Program-made: the position numbers and the translations under genes
The notes under the pieces: model-generated
The model's input: only the letters and a program-made list of their open reading frames with translations
Database searches by the model: none
What the model was told of the DNA's origin: nothing
In this document: positions 9,934-21,200 of the stretch, piece by piece
Layout of the letters: each line of letters starts with the position of its first letter
How positions within the stretch are numbered: position 1 is the stretch's first letter
Assembly (NCBI GenBank): GCA_019058245.1
Contig: JAHPZJ010000006.1
Span: forward strand, 32,001 to 96,000
Direction: 5' to 3'
Length of the DNA stretch: 64,000 bases
From: Promethearchaeota archaeon
Lineage (GTDB): Archaea > Asgardarchaeota > Lokiarchaeia > Sigyniarchaeales > SOKP01

Positions 9934-11280
9934 TTATTCTTTCTTATTCCTCAATTCTTGAGATTGCATAACAGTTCTCCCAAGCATTTCTTTATCGGGG
10001 TTACCACCCATTTTTCTAGCTGTTGCTATATAAATACCAACGGCCATTGTTGATTTTTCCAACTTTGCTCGGGTGATAAAAACTTTCGAAGCAATTTCAC
10101 TGATATGTTCATCATTGGGTGCATCCAACCAAGCCCATTCAGCTAAATGACATGCTAATCTTAATTTGCCCTCTTTCATTAGTTCTAACGCCCTTTCAGC
10201 TAATTTTTTCGCCCCTCCTGCAAGATTTACAATCTCTTTTGCCTGATCGATTTCAGGAGCAGGTTTTAGATGAGAAGGAGTACCATCATACCAACCTCCA
10301 AATAATCTCCATATATTTCTCACGATGAATTCAGGTTCGTCATAGACAGGCTGAAGATAAGGTTTTTTAAGTAAATCTTCAGGAAGTTTTACTGTATGAA
10401 TAATACTATCTAATGATGCCCCCTTATTCATGAGGGATATTGTTTGATCATGAAGTGATTCCAACAACAACGCAGTGTTATCTAAAGCTTCATAAATTCT
10501 TTCTTGTCCAATTATAGGAACTCCATGCCCGGGGCATAATATCTCAGGATTATTTTCTTTCATTTTATTTAATGCTAAAGCCCATTCATGAGCATAACGT
10601 TGAACTTTTTGAGGATTACCGGCATTTGGTATTGCCCAAATGAATAGATCTCCTGTGCATAATATCTTTGAATCGGGAAAATAAACCCATGTATGATCAT
10701 CAGTTTCTCCTCTTGAGTGCTTTAATTGGACTTCCACACCCCCAATTTGAATTGTTAATTCTTTATTATAACTAACATTTGGGTGAAAAAAATCTATACT
10801 ATATGTAGGATCAGTACCTCTAGAATTGATACCGCCAAATTGTCTTGCATTAATAAACCCATTCCATGAAGCAGTTGACTTATATCGGTCAAAACGATGA
10901 CTAACCGCTTCATGACCAATAACTTGAGGTTTCGACCAATTATTCTTTTCACATTCATCGATGTAAGGTTTAATTCCTACATGATCAGTATGCCCATGTG
11001 TATATATTACGGTATTTACTTGTAGCGATGTCACTTCTCGTACAGCTTTAAATTTGGTGTGAACATCAAAAATCGCACCAGGATCAACAATCACTAATCC
11101 TTCACTGGTCTCTCTTATAATTGAATTAGAAAAACCTCGATAAAACCATGTTCGCTGTGAATTATATTCATTTATGAGTTCAAGACCACGAGGTACTCCA
11201 AAGGGATGATTGGAATATGTATTTTTTCTCCCAACCCATAGATCTTCAGCAAAATCTAAAATTTTACCCATTTCTATCAA
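9934..11280 (-). CDS. Alkyl/aryl-sulfatase-like metallo-beta-lactamase-fold hydrolase
   Basis: THGHTDH, GETDD, GDL, PNAGNPQK, PGHG; GGWYDG and AGG dimerisation-domain motifs. Confidence 0.85.
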   Translation of the reverse strand: MIEMGKILDFAEDLWVGRKNTYSNHPFGVPRGLELINEYNSQRTWFYRGFSNSIIRETSEGLVIVDPGAIFDVHTKFKAVREVTSLQVNTVIYTHGHTDHVGIKPYIDECEKNNWSKPQVIGHEAVSHRFDRYKSTASWNGFINARQFGGINSRGTDPTYSIDFFHPNVSYNKELTIQIGGVEVQLKHSRGETDDHTWVYFPDSKILCTGDLFIWAIPNAGNPQKVQRYAHEWALALNKMKENNPEILCPGHGVPIIGQERIYEALDNTALLLESLHDQTISLMNKGASLDSIIHTVKLPEDLLKKPYLQPVYDEPEFIVRNIWRLFGGWYDGTPSHLKPAPEIDQAKEIVNLAGGAKKLAERALELMKEGKLRLACHLAEWAWLDAPNDEHISEIASKVFITRAKLEKSTMAVGIYIATARKMGGNPDKEMLGRTVMQSQELRNKKE

Positions 11281-11549
11281 CTTAATTATATTATCAAGCT
11301 TTTTTTTTTAATTTTAAATATTTTAAGACAGAGATAATAAGACTTTTTAATAAAAACATGGATTTAATATATATTTGATTTATATAACAGCTGCAGTTTC
11401 ATTGAACAAAATAAAAATGCTATTTTCGGATGTATTCTCGAGTATAATAAATTATAGATAAATTAATTAATCACATTTAATGAAAAGGAGTATAAAATTT
11501 ATGGTATTCTGTTTTTTTAAGATAATATTTTAATACTTATTTTCCTTAT

Positions 11550-12068
11550 ATGAAAGTTGAGGGCCAGAAAATGGAAAAATTACGTCAAGTAGGAATAGTT
11601 GGGTTTGTATGTAGTTCATTGTTAATATATGGATTTTTTTATTTATTAAATTTTATTTATGAGTACGAGACAATTTTAAGTAGAGTTGGAGTAACATATC
11701 AAAATATTGGTTCAGATCTTTCAACATTTTTCATTTTAAACGCTATTTTACAACTGATCTTTGGAATTCTTACATTAATTTCTTCACTTCTTGTGTTTAA
11801 AGAAAATAAAATAGGTGTTTACATATTGATTTTAATTGGTATTATTACTTCAATTTTTATGTTTATAATTATCCGACCACGTCAAGAATATATAGTATCA
11901 GCAGGTACAACAATTATTATTCCAGCTATTCGATTATTTTCTAATCATACCATTGATATTATTCCTTTTATTATTCTAATTGCTGGATTATACCCATTTA
12001 TACTCAAAATTGATAAAAAGTTATTTATCAAACCAGAAAAAAAATTAGTTATTGATAAGACTTCCTAA
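11550..12068 (+). CDS. Hypothetical 4-TM membrane protein
   Basis: Four hydrophobic segments. Confidence 0.65.
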   Translation: MKVEGQKMEKLRQVGIVGFVCSSLLIYGFFYLLNFIYEYETILSRVGVTYQNIGSDLSTFFILNAILQLIFGILTLISSLLVFKENKIGVYILILIGIITSIFMFIIIRPRQEYIVSAGTTIIIPAIRLFSNHTIDIIPFIILIAGLYPFILKIDKKLFIKPEKKLVIDKTS

Positions 12069-12202
12069 TAAGACATATGATCTATTGTTTTTAATGAATT
12101 TATATGAAAGTTAGAAGAAAATTGACAATTTTCCAGCTATTAACTACTATGTCATTTATTTCAGCAAAATAAGATTTTAAATAGATATATAGATTGTTTT
12201 AA

Positions 12203-13255
12203 TCATATATTTTCTAAAAGCACTTGGTTAACTTTTATCATATTATAAGCGTTTTTTAAACATTCCTCAGCATCATCTACAATTGTATTAATAATATTTG
12301 AGACACTTTCAACATTATTTACAAGTCCGCAGCTTTGTCCTAAGAGTACGATTCCATCGTCAACATTTCCCCTATATGCTTTTTCTAGCTTTTTCACTCC
12401 TTGTACAATAACATCCATTGATGTCTCTTCGGCACGTTTTTCAGCTTTATTTACAACTGTTGTATGATTATCAGCATATTTATTTCTCCATACTCTGGCA
12501 GGACCAAAAACTCCTGTTACTAATTTAGTATCAGCTATAGTAGAACTTTTAACTAAATTCTTATAATTGTCATGAAATTCACACTCGTTTGAAGCTATCA
12601 GCCTAGTTCCCATTGAAATTGCTCCAGCACCCATAGCTAAAGCGGATGCTAGACCTTCACCTGTGGCATAGCCTCCACTAGCAATTACAGGTACTTCTGG
12701 CAATTCTTTTCTAATTTGTTGCAATAATATTAACGTACTTGTATTATCATATGATTTATGTCCTCCACCTTCATGCCCAGTGGCTACAATGCCATCAACA
12801 CCATCTTTTACTACTTTTTTGGCTAGATCTAAAGATGGAATAACATGAAAATGTTTTAGATTTGTACTATTTTTCAACGTTTCATAGTATTTGTTAAATA
12901 ACATTTTTGGTGAACCTGCGCTGGTAATGATATAATTACATTGTTCCTTTATTCTTGGATTATTCAATATAAACCTTGGAACTTGTCTACATAACTTTAT
13001 TGCATCAGGTTGTAGTGATGCTGTTCTTATATTTAATCCAAATGGTTTATCCGTATGTTCGACTACATACTTCATACTTTCTATCACTTCAGTTGTAGAG
13101 ACTGTGTTATCCAAATTAATGTGACTTAATACACCCAAACCACCAGCTTCTGAAACTGCAACAGTTAGTTTTGTAGTATAAAAAGGCCCCATAGGCGCTG
13201 CGACAATAGGATGCTTAATATCAAGCATCTCAGTTATTTCAGTTGTTAATACCAT
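12203..13255 (-). CDS. Nitronate monooxygenase / FabK-like FMN-dependent enoyl reductase
   Basis: PIVAAPM, AVSEAGGLG, GHEGGGH, ASGG, MGTR and GQS motifs. Confidence 0.88.
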   Translation of the reverse strand: MVLTTEITEMLDIKHPIVAAPMGPFYTTKLTVAVSEAGGLGVLSHINLDNTVSTTEVIESMKYVVEHTDKPFGLNIRTASLQPDAIKLCRQVPRFILNNPRIKEQCNYIITSAGSPKMLFNKYYETLKNSTNLKHFHVIPSLDLAKKVVKDGVDGIVATGHEGGGHKSYDNTSTLILLQQIRKELPEVPVIASGGYATGEGLASALAMGAGAISMGTRLIASNECEFHDNYKNLVKSSTIADTKLVTGVFGPARVWRNKYADNHTTVVNKAEKRAEETSMDVIVQGVKKLEKAYRGNVDDGIVLLGQSCGLVNNVESVSNIINTIVDDAEECLKNAYNMIKVNQVLLENI

Positions 13256-13302
13256 TTTTTTTTAACCTTTGATTATTAATTAATAAATTTCTTGTTTCAA
13301 AA

Positions 13303-13352
13303 TCAATGAATTTCTATTCAATGAACCTCTATTCAATTCAATAAAGCTCTAT
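13303..13352. repeat. Three 15-bp direct repeats (TCAATRAAnnTCTAT) upstream of the FabK-like gene
   Basis: TCAATGAATTTCTAT (13303), TCAATGAACCTCTAT (13318), partial TCAAT, TCAATAAAGCTCTAT (13338). Confidence 0.7.
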
Positions 13353-13684
13353 TTAAATAGTTATTAAGTTAAATTATTTCTATTATTTATAAGTTTAACC
13401 ATCACAAAAATAATTAACCTAAATGTCTTTATTAAAAAAAGTGTGAAATTTTAATAAATATTAAAAGATTAGAATAAAAGATTAACATTTCTAATTAATT
13501 AGTGAAAAGTATATAATATATTTGGAAGATAATTTAAGTATAAATTCTTGATGAGAAAAATAATTAACTTGTTTATGTTATAATTGCATCTCTTTAGGAA
13601 TATTTCAATAAATTAATATAATTTCCTATTGGAAATTCATTGTATTGAATTATTGATTTCTTGTGTAGTATTAAAATGTGAGAT

Positions 13685-14011
13685 TTATTTAATACTCTTA
13701 TGCTTTATTTCACATCTAATATTCCATCGTTTTTGTAGCTGGATATTTATTATATTATTAAGAACAACTATAAAGCAAAATATATTCAATCCTACTAAGA
13801 ACCAAATCAATATAATATTTCCAAAAAGTAAAAGAAAACAAAGAAAAAATGATAATGTTATTTTAAGAATTATTAATTTTATAGGAATACCCTTATTAAA
13901 CGACTTTCTTAATAATGGATTAACCTCCTCACAACCTAATTTAATTCCTATATTAGTTGTTAAAATATCTAAAATTTGAAGTATTATCAGAAGTATTCCT
14001 AAAATTATCAT
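13685..14011 (-). CDS. DUF5658-like small membrane protein
   Basis: LDILTT..G...G.EE.NP signature plus three TM helices. Confidence 0.7.
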   Translation of the reverse strand: MIILGILLIILQILDILTTNIGIKLGCEEVNPLLRKSFNKGIPIKLIILKITLSFFLCFLLLFGNIILIWFLVGLNIFCFIVVLNNIINIQLQKRWNIRCEIKHKSIK

Positions 14012-14290
14012 ATTGTTTAATCCCCTAAATCCTTGTCAATTGGGAAGGACCTTAACGTATTAATTAAAAAAGAATTTGAATTTAAAATAATAATGTTTTT
14101 TTCGATTATGTTGCGAAAGTACAAACTTAACTTAAAAACAAAATTATATATTTCAATAAGAAATATTATTTGGATGAACAGACTCACTTTAAGCCGTATT
14201 TTGAAGAATTACTTTTTTGGATTTTATTGAAGTCTTTCAGATTTAAGTTATATTTCAGCATTAACTCAAATATATTTGTAGAGTTTTTAG

Positions 14291-15244
14291 TTAAATAAGA
14301 ATTAATATAACACCAGAAACCGTGGTAATCACTCCGAAGAATTCGTTCTTGGAAATTTTTTCTTTATTTATTAGAAATGAAAAGGGAATAGTAAACAACG
14401 GTAAAGCTGTAGAAATTAGAGACATGAATGAAGCACCAGCAATATGAACAGCCTCACCAAACAAGATGCTTCCGATTGAATAACTAAGTATGGCAGAAAT
14501 AATAAGTATTTTCCAAGTATTTTGAGATTTTGGAATTGGTTGTGATCTTCCCTCAATTATCGCCATCATACCTAAAACAGAAGCAGCGAATAGGAATCTT
14601 ATCATCATGGCAACAATAGTACTTAATATTCCTAAATTCAATACTATATTTACTTGGTAAATAGAAAAATCTGATAAAGCCATACCAATAGCCCAAGAAA
14701 TAGCTGCTACAGTAGCCCATATTATGCCATTGAGAGTATTTACAGAGATCTTTTCTTCAAATTTATTATCTGAATTTTGAACATTAATAGATTGCATAGG
14801 ATCATTGTCTTTTTTTTTGGTTTTTTCTTTAGTAATAATTATTACTCCGATTCCAATTAAAATTCCTGAAAAAATCATTAAGATTGAGAAAGGACGATCT
14901 AGAAACAGAGTGGCAAAAATTATTGTAAAAAATGGAGAAGTAGTAGTAATAGCAAGAGCTTTAGCTGGTCCTAATGTCTTCTGTGATTGAAGATATGCTG
15001 TATCTCCTATTATGACAGTACATAAAACACTCATCATCAACATTAGAATGAGAAATGATGAAAGTGAAAATATCATTAATATAACACCAAATGACAAACA
15101 AATAATAAAAAATGTTAGAAGACCAACTGCTGCTCTTATTGCATTTTGAAAGATTGGTGTAGCTTCATTTTGTATCTTCCTAGCTAAGACAAGTGAAAGA
15201 GCAAAACAAACATTTGTAAGAATTGCTGTAATTTCTCCATACAT
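14291..15244 (-). CDS. DMT/EamA family transporter
   Basis: About 10 TM helices in two repeats; P.FT....LFL and PLFT...S.L..KEK motifs. Confidence 0.88.
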   Translation of the reverse strand: MYGEITAILTNVCFALSLVLARKIQNEATPIFQNAIRAAVGLLTFFIICLSFGVILMIFSLSSFLILMLMMSVLCTVIIGDTAYLQSQKTLGPAKALAITTTSPFFTIIFATLFLDRPFSILMIFSGILIGIGVIIITKEKTKKKDNDPMQSINVQNSDNKFEEKISVNTLNGIIWATVAAISWAIGMALSDFSIYQVNIVLNLGILSTIVAMMIRFLFAASVLGMMAIIEGRSQPIPKSQNTWKILIISAILSYSIGSILFGEAVHIAGASFMSLISTALPLFTIPFSFLINKEKISKNEFFGVITTVSGVILILI

Positions 15245-15408
15245 AAATCTATTTATTTTGATAATTAAAATTAAAATCTTTTAATCTCAAGATTTGGGGC
15301 TTTAATATAATTAATCTAAAAATATTACTAAACATATTAATCTTCATCTATCCAAATTAATACCATTAAAAAATAGGTTTTTATAAACTTACTTTTAGAT
15401 TTATATTC

Positions 15409-16002
15409 ATGATTGTAGATCATTGTGACAAAACGATCAGTATAAAAATAGTATACTTTGGACCTGCTTTCTCTGGAAAAACTACTTCGATTAAAGCCTT
15501 ATTCTCACATTTTGGTAAAGGTGAAGCGCTCCATAGTATTGAAAGTACAGTAAATCGAACTTTATTTTTTGATTATGGTACAGTTACATTTCAAAATCAG
15601 GATTGGAGACTAAAACTCCATATTTATACCACCACAGGTCAAGATTTCTATTTTGTTACGAGAGCAGTTACTTTACGAGCCGTTGATGGGATTATTTTTG
15701 TATTGGATTCTCAAAAAGATGTTTATGAACGAAATTTAGCATCATGGAAGGAACTTCTCTCTTATTTTCGTGAAACCCTTAAAGATATCCCAATTATCAT
15801 CGCTTTTAATAAGCAAGATTTACCTGAGAAATTTAGTTCTACTGAATTCTTGAAGGAAATAAAATATAATGAGTATAAAAACATCGATCGCCAATATACC
15901 ATAGCAATTAGCGGAGAAGGTGTTCTAGGTTGTTTTGAAGATCTTTTAAGGTTAGTTTTGAGGAAGTATTACAAACATAAATTAGTTTCAGTTGTAAATT
16001 GA
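15409..16002 (+). CDS. MglA-like small GTPase
   Basis: KIVYFGPAFSGKTT, RTLFFDY, TTGQ, DGIIFVLDS, NKQD. Confidence 0.88.
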   Translation: MIVDHCDKTISIKIVYFGPAFSGKTTSIKALFSHFGKGEALHSIESTVNRTLFFDYGTVTFQNQDWRLKLHIYTTTGQDFYFVTRAVTLRAVDGIIFVLDSQKDVYERNLASWKELLSYFRETLKDIPIIIAFNKQDLPEKFSSTEFLKEIKYNEYKNIDRQYTIAISGEGVLGCFEDLLRLVLRKYYKHKLVSVVN

Positions 16003-16035
16003 GAAATGAATATTTTATTGAGTAAACTCTTTAGA

Positions 16036-16506
16036 TTAAAAAACTTGCCCTTCAGATTGATTGATTGTTTTTATAGGTCTTAAGACAACACAAACTCTTT
16101 CAACACTTCTTACATCTGCTCTACCGCGAAAAGACTCTATTAGTGCATCTAATTCAACAATTTCTGGCACATTAACTTTTACTAGAACCCCACATTCCCC
16201 AGCGAGGAAATATACTTCTTCACATTGAGGAAGGATCTGGGCTTCCCTTAATAGTTCTTTGGTTTCCGCAAGGCTTTTTGGAATTAGAGTAATGAATGCA
16301 ATAATACATCTTTCATCTTCTCGACAGACCTTTATAGTAAATTTTTCAATCACGCCTTCTTCTTGAAGCTTGATAACCCGTTTTCTAACCGTCGATTCAG
16401 ACAAATTTACCTTAGAATCTCCTGCTATTTCATGATATGGCCTTCTAGAATCCTCAAGAAGCATTTCAAGAATTCTTTTATCCTTATCATCTAGATTCTT
16501 CATCAA
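16036..16506 (-). CDS. Lrp/AsnC family transcriptional regulator
   Basis: LDDKD.RIL..L..DSRRPY.EIA...LSESTV.KRV.KL...GVI..F HTH plus RAM domain. Confidence 0.9.
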   Translation of the reverse strand: MMKNLDDKDKRILEMLLEDSRRPYHEIAGDSKVNLSESTVRKRVIKLQEEGVIEKFTIKVCREDERCIIAFITLIPKSLAETKELLREAQILPQCEEVYFLAGECGVLVKVNVPEIVELDALIESFRGRADVRSVERVCVVLRPIKTINQSEGQVF

Positions 16507-16598
16507 CTATTATCTCTCCTCTTATTTATAAAAAATATAAAAAATTTTTACTTAAAAATTTCAAAATAATATTTATCATTAATTAAATTCACAAATTC

Positions 16599-17537
16599 TC
16601 AGAGGTCTTTTAGGAGCGGTTGGAATAATCTTTCATAATGCACAGCCATGCAATGAATTCCCGCTGCTTTAGTTGTTTTCTTAATTTCTTTAATAAATGG
16701 TACATAAAATTCTAAATTAACTTTATCAATCGCATCATATTTGGCTTGTTTGTTTCCTTTATTATCTTTTTCTGCTTTCTTTAAAGCAGTAAGAAATTCC
16801 TTAGGAACTGATACACCAGGAATGTTCTCATTAAAATACCAGGCAATTCCATAATTTTTGATTGGAAAGAGTCCAAGTAAAACAGGGGTGTTAAATCTTT
16901 CTAATTCTTTTAAAAACTCTTTAGCATCATCTACATCAAATGAAGTTTGGGTTTGAATAAAATCGGCACCAACTTCTACCTTTCTACCAACTTTTAAGAT
17001 TTCTGGTTCTCTTGGATTGGAATTCGGATTTGCAGCACATCCCACATTTAGCTGAGGTCTTCCACCTCTTATTTCATTTCCTTCTAAATCAGTTCCATCA
17101 TCCACCATTTTTGAAACCAGGTCAATTAATTGTGTAGAATCTAAATCATATACTGGTCTAGCTCTTTGATGATCTCCGAGAGCAGTATGATCTCCAGTTA
17201 ACGCAAGCAAATTTTTAAGACCTAAGATTGCTCCACCTAATATATCTCCAAATAATGCAATTCGATTTCTATCTCGTACTGTCATCTGCCAAATTGCTTC
17301 TAACCCAACTTTTTCTTGGACTAAGTAGCAAGGAACCATGGAACACGTATAAGCATCTCCTTGAGGTCCATCTGTAACATTAGCAGCAATAATTTTTCCA
17401 GTTTTTTTCATTTCCTCTGCTGAATGCAAGACATGACCAATATCATAATCTTTTTCTGGTTCAAGTTCGCCCGTTATGACGAATTTTCCATCTCTAATCA
17501 CCTTTACTAAATTACTATAGGCAGGTCTTTTTGGCAA
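16599..17537 (-). CDS. metF: Methylenetetrahydrofolate reductase catalytic subunit
   Basis: TGELEP, NVTD, RDRNRIAL, LALTGD, GADFIQTQ, GIH motifs; TTG start. Confidence 0.9.
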   Translation of the reverse strand: MPKRPAYSNLVKVIRDGKFVITGELEPEKDYDIGHVLHSAEEMKKTGKIIAANVTDGPQGDAYTCSMVPCYLVQEKVGLEAIWQMTVRDRNRIALFGDILGGAILGLKNLLALTGDHTALGDHQRARPVYDLDSTQLIDLVSKMVDDGTDLEGNEIRGGRPQLNVGCAANPNSNPREPEILKVGRKVEVGADFIQTQTSFDVDDAKEFLKELERFNTPVLLGLFPIKNYGIAWYFNENIPGVSVPKEFLTALKKAEKDNKGNKQAKYDAIDKVNLEFYVPFIKEIKKTTKAAGIHCMAVHYERLFQPLLKDL

Positions 17538-17538
17538 T

Positions 17539-18237
17539 TTATACGTTCTCCTCCTTCTTTTTTTCTTCTATATTAGAACTGGATTCATAAATATGTATGA
17601 ATCTTGGACTTGACCATATCCTATAATTTCTTGGAGGTCTATAATTTGTAAATAAATCCAGTCTATTAAATTTCTTAAGACGTTCCCATATTTTTACCCA
17701 TGCACAATCATGTATATAGCCACCTACTTCACATTTACCTTCAACTTGTCCTCCACAGGGACCATTGCTCAAATTTTTAGCACATCCAGCCATAGGACAG
17801 ATACCACCAGTCACTCCCAGTAAACATTCTCCACAGGTTTCACAATATTCTGCAAAATAATTCTCACTATTATTCTCTACTCCACCAAACATGCTGTTTT
17901 GTGCTGGAAAAGTGAGAATTGTAGGAATAATTCTGTTTAACATTCCTACCCCTAAACCACATGCTAATGATACAATTGCATCATATTCTTCAATAAATGG
18001 TCTTAATGTTGTTGCAGCAATTCTATCATCGCACTGTCGTAAAACCGTAATGGCTTTCCATTTTAATTCTTTTCCTTCGCTTCTTGCTTTTAATTCGAGC
18101 ATTTGTGCCAGGACTTTTGCTTCATTTATTGAACGTGGAGGTTGACAACATCCATCACACCCTGCAACTAGTATTTTCGAATATGGTTTTATCATATCAT
18201 ATATTTCTTCAATATCCTTTTGTTTTGTTATAATCAT
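17539..18237 (-). CDS. metV: MetV, Zn/Fe-S partner subunit of MTHFR
   Basis: MIITKQK, GCDGC, RQCD, ACGLG, CxxCGxCxL..TGGICP..CAK.L.NGPCGG, CEV, CAW. Confidence 0.9.
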   Translation of the reverse strand: MIITKQKDIEEIYDMIKPYSKILVAGCDGCCQPPRSINEAKVLAQMLELKARSEGKELKWKAITVLRQCDDRIAATTLRPFIEEYDAIVSLACGLGVGMLNRIIPTILTFPAQNSMFGGVENNSENYFAEYCETCGECLLGVTGGICPMAGCAKNLSNGPCGGQVEGKCEVGGYIHDCAWVKIWERLKKFNRLDLFTNYRPPRNYRIWSSPRFIHIYESSSNIEEKKKEENV

Positions 18238-18277
18238 TTTATAAAAATCTCCTAATTTTATGAACTTGATAAATTTC

Positions 18278-21200
18278 TTATTCAGTTAATATAATTTCTT
18301 TTTTTTCTTCTTTTTTTATTTCTTTCTTCTCTTTTTTATAATCATTTTCAATAGGACCTAATTTTTGTAATTTTTCTGTGAATTCCTTGATCGTTTCAGC
18401 AAAGATTTTTCCTTCACTGGCAGAAACCCATTTTCGCATGAATCTTGCTGGATTAATCCCTAGAGACTCTATAATTTGCTCAATCTCTTCCGTTCTTCTT
18501 AATGTATCTTGATTTCCCGCGATGTAATGACAATCACCAAGATGACAACCTCCAATAAAAACACCATCAGCACCTTCTAAAAAGGCTTGCAATATGAAAC
18601 TCTTTGGGATACCACCTGAACACATAACTCTTATAGTCCTTACATTTGGGGGATATTGATATCGGCTAACTCCAGCAAGATCCGCACCTGCGTAGCTACA
18701 CCAATTACAGAGAAAAGCAACTATTCTTGGTCGTCCATCTGCTACTGTTACCTTAGCAGCTTCAGCTATCATTGGTTCAATTTGAATACGTCCAAAATGA
18801 CTCATTGTTATAGCTTCTGCTGGACATTCAGCAGCACAATCTCCGCATCCTTTACAAAGTAAAGGATTAACTTCTGAAATCATTAAACCTTCTTCATATT
18901 TGACACCAACGGCGCCGTAATTACACACTTCAGCACATCTATTACAACCAATACATAAAGCAGGGTCAACCTTGGAAATAATACCTTCAGTTTTTAGAAT
19001 ATCTTTAGATAAAATCGTAGTGGCTCTGGAAGCAGCTGACATTGCTTGTGCTATACTTTCTCTAATTGTTGCTGTTCCACGGGAAGTACCACATAAAAAA
19101 ATACCATCTGTAGCAAAATCTGAGGGCCGGAGTTTTACATGAGCCTCTAAGAAAAATTCATCATCATTTACAGGGACTTTTAACATTTTTGCTAGATTTT
19201 CATTTGCTTCACCATCAGCAACTATTCCTGCACTTAGAGCAACTAAATCAGCATTTATCTTAATATCCCCAATATCTCGTTTTTTTATATAAATACTTAA
19301 ATTTCCATTTTCTAATTTAATTTCAGGAGGTTGCTCATCTTTAAATCTTATAAAAATTACTCCTTTTTCTCTTGCTAAATTGTAGTATTTCTCTTTAAAC
19401 CCATAGGTTCTAATATCTCTATAAAGAACAGTAATATTAAGATTTGGATTTATTTCTTTTACTTTTAAAGCATTTTTAATAGCTTCACTACAACACATTC
19501 TACTACAATAAGGATGTTCCTCGTTTCTTGAGCCTACACACTGTAGCATCACTATAGAATTTAATTGTTTAATTTTTTCTTCTTCAGTAAATAGAATTTT
19601 CTCTAGATCGGATTGTAAAATTACTCTCTCATCTTTACCAAAAAGAAATTCACCATCCTTTGGTTGATATTCATGAGCTCCAGTAGCAACTATAATAATA
19701 CCGTGTTGAAATTCTTTCTTTTGTTTATCTCCACCAAAAGTAATATTTGTTGTAAAGTTACAAACATATCCTCCTATTGAGTTGATTCTAGCATTAAGAA
19801 ATATATTAATAAGTTTATGATTTTTGACTTTATTTATTAAATCTTTAAGAAGTTCCTGAACATCATGTTTTTCTAAAGTATGATAAATATTATTAGAAAA
19901 TCCTCCTAATCTCTTACTTTTCTCAATAAGAAATACTTCAAATCCTTGATTTGCGAGATTTAACGCAGCAGTCATACCTGCTACACCTCCACCAATTACC
20001 ATCCCCTTATGGATAACCTCCACTTGTTGTTCTTGTAGTGGAACTAATTTTCGAGCTCTAGCAACAGCCATTCTTACAAGATCCTTTGCTTTTTCTGTCG
20101 CTTCTTCTGGTTCATGCATATGCACCCATGAACATTGATCTCTGATATTTGCTAGATCAAACAGATATTTATTTAAACCTGCCTCTCTAATAGTCGCTTG
20201 AAATAATGGTTCATGAGTTCTTGGAGTACATGAAGCAACTATTACCCTATTTAAGTTATGTTCCTTTATTTGTTCTTTAATATTAGTTTGCGTATCAGCG
20301 GAACATGTGTACAAGTTTCGTTCGGCATGAATTACATCAGGTAATTTATTTGCGTATTCAACAACTTCAGGAACATCTACAACCCCCCCAATATTAATAC
20401 CACAGTGACATATGAAAACTCCGATCCTGGGGGGTTCTCCAATTGTATCCCTTTCTTTTGGCAATTCTTTTTCAGTGACTAAAGTATTCCTCACATCAGA
20501 TAAAAGAATATTAACAGCCCCAGCGGCAGCACTTGCCTCTACAACTGTTTCTGGAATATCTTTTGGTTCTGAAATCATGCCACATACATAAATTCCTTCT
20601 CTGGAGGATTCTACTGGTGAAAAGGGTTTTGTTTTACAAAAATTATAACTATTTAATTCGATGTTTAATTTTTTTGCTAAAGCTTTAGTGCTATGATTTG
20701 GTAAAGCACCAACTGCTAAAACAACAAGATTAAATGTCTCACTAATTACTTTTCCTTCTTCATTTTCATAATGAAGAATTAAATCCTTAGTCTCTGATAT
20801 TTCTTTAATATCTGATATTCTACTTCTGATATATCTTACACCATATTCATTTTGCGCACGTTCAATATACTTATCGAAGTCCTTTCCAACAGCTCTCACA
20901 TCCATTGAAAATATCGTTGGTTCAATAATTTCCATATGTTCTTTTGCAATTACTGCCTCTTTAGCCGTATACATACAACAAACTGATGAGCAATACTCTG
21001 CACCATGCTTTTTATCTCTTGAGCCAACACATTGTAAAAATGCTACTTTTTTTGGAATAATTCCATCAGAAGGTCTGAGAATAAGCCCAGAATGTGGACC
21101 GCTAGCACTTAATATGCGTTCAAATTGAATACTTGTAATCACATTTAGATATTTCCCATATCCATATTGCTGTGTAGGACCAGGATCATATTCATCAAAT

